DNA of 16,483 nucleotides, taken from NCBI GenBank assembly GCA_048941015.1, contig JBHLNZ010000065.1, positions 1 to 16,483 of the forward strand. The letters are read 5' to 3'. Within the stretch, counting starts at the first letter, position 1. Each line of letters begins with the position of its first letter. The notes beneath the pieces are model-generated. The model did no database searches. It worked only from the letters and a program-made list of their open reading frames with translations, and was not told the origin of the DNA. Position numbers and translations under genes: made by a program. This stretch comes from Promethearchaeota archaeon (lineage in GTDB: Archaea > Asgardarchaeota > Lokiarchaeia > Sigyniarchaeales > SOKP01). This document shows, in pieces, positions 15,360 to 16,483 of this stretch.

Positions 15360-16483
15360 TCATAATTTTAAAGGGTATTTTCCATATTTTTTATTGGCTG
15401 AAATCATTGCAAAAATATTTTCCAATTTACAGGAATTGGTAATATCTGTACATGGGCTTAAAATATATCCTCCGCCTTCACCAGCATTCTTAATACAACT
15501 TCTTACTGCTTCATCAACTTCATTAATAGTTCCAAATGGCAATAATTGAGAAACATCAATATTTCCTATTAAACATACTTTATCTCCATATTTTTCCTTT
15601 AAATGCTTCAAATCCATGCCAGCCATTGGTTCTAATGCCTCAATTCCATGAAATCCTGCTTCAATTAATCCATCAAAATATGGTTCAGTAAAACCATCAG
15701 AATGAAATATAACATATTTTCCCGCTTTAATAATTGGATGTAGAATTTGCTTATAAGCAGGTATAATTAGTTCTTTATGATATTTTGGATTTATCATTGT
15801 TGTATTTTTTAAAGCTGAATCGTCGCACAAAAAGAATACTTCAAAATCTGTTTCTGCCCACAATTTTGATGCATTAACAGCAATTTTAGTTCTTAGATCA
15901 ATATATCTCTTAATCTTACTTCTTTTCTTCCTTATTAATTTAATTATCAATCCTAATCCAAGACCTTCCCAGATAGGTTCTAAAATTGGGTGTAAATGAG
16001 CACAAAATAGAAAATCATCTATAGGGAATCTTTTAAGTTTTTTATTGATTTTCACAGCAAAATCTATATTTTCTTCCCATTCAATATTAAAATAAGTATT
16101 ATAAAAAAAGTCTGCCATTTCTTCATTCTTTATATAATTCGTTAAATACCAAGAAATGTCAGACTCAAATGAAAGATTCTTCATTGAAATTCTTCCATCA
16201 ATATCAATATATTTATTAGAGTCTTCTAACTTAGGTAAAGGATGACTTTTTAAGTAACTCTGAGGGATTCTTACAGGAAAACCATCAAATCCCCAAGAAG
16301 AATCAAATCCTAACTTCTTATAATGATTAAAATCTAAGAAGTAAAATACATATTTTCTATCCTTCTTAAAATCAGTTCCCCAATATTTTAATAGTTCTTT
16401 CCGGAAACTAGGCATAATATCTTGACAAAAAAGTGGAACTCGGTCAGGTTCCTCATGATTAATTGCTTTTAGTATCCGTTCTC
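15360..16483 (-). CDS. UroD/MetE/MtaA-CmuA superfamily protein, paralog 3 (5' end outside the window)
   Basis: CDDSA, HSDG, LEPMAGMDL, CLIGNID and GGGYILSPCT. The frame stays open upstream of the Met at 16415 to the window edge, reading (R)ERILKAINHEEPDRVPLFCQDI-MPSF, the family's typical N-terminal RER...EPDRVP motif. Confidence 0.85.
   Translation of the reverse strand, partial: ERILKAINHEEPDRVPLFCQDIMPSFRKELLKYWGTDFKKDRKYVFYFLDFNHYKKLGFDSSWGFDGFPVRIPQSYLKSHPLPKLEDSNKYIDIDGRISMKNLSFESDISWYLTNYIKNEEMADFFYNTYFNIEWEENIDFAVKINKKLKRFPIDDFLFCAHLHPILEPIWEGLGLGLIIKLIRKKRSKIKRYIDLRTKIAVNASKLWAETDFEVFFLCDDSALKNTTMINPKYHKELIIPAYKQILHPIIKAGKYVIFHSDGFTEPYFDGLIEAGFHGIEALEPMAGMDLKHLKEKYGDKVCLIGNIDVSQLLPFGTINEVDEAVRSCIKNAGEGGGYILSPCTDITNSCKLENIFAMISANKKYGKYPLKL

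Noticed and set aside
6336-16483. Calling the three UroD-family genes hemE (true uroporphyrinogen decarboxylase) or mtaA
   Set aside because: They lack the MRQAGR porphyrinogen-binding motif and have no tetrapyrrole gene context. They also lack the complete His/Cys/Cys Zn triad of MtaA.
1-16483. CRISPR arrays, tRNA/rRNA, IS elements, riboswitches
   Set aside because: No spaced direct repeats, GC-rich structured RNA stretches or transposase/integrase motifs were seen. The spacers are short and very AT-rich, with no recognisable cobalamin or TPP riboswitch core. A covariance-model scan was not possible.

Overview
AT-rich (roughly 30% GC by eye), gene-dense window that looks archaeal: TATA-like boxes, GGAGGT/GGGGTG ribosome sites, oligo-T terminators and an archaeal-type 2-oxoacid:ferredoxin oxidoreductase (OFOR). 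The gene mix suggests an Asgard/Lokiarchaeia-like genome, which is inference only. The left part holds the 3' end of a QW-repeat protein, an MFS transporter, and a three-gene OFOR operon: gamma-delta fusion, alpha, and a beta subunit that is circularly permuted. The break in beta falls inside the ThDP/Mg-binding GDG...DN motif, and this is the most striking feature. The right part holds a membrane-anchored six-blade Kelch protein and a cluster of three UroD/MtaA-superfamily TIM-barrel enzymes, two paralogous GPH (MelB-like) transporters, a divergent GH36-like glycosidase and an AP-endonuclease-2-fold (CbiR-like) metalloenzyme. This cluster may be a locus for uptake and corrinoid-dependent demethylation of methylated sugars or glycosides. 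No RNA genes, CRISPR arrays or mobile elements were recognised. All family assignments come from motif recall, not database searches.
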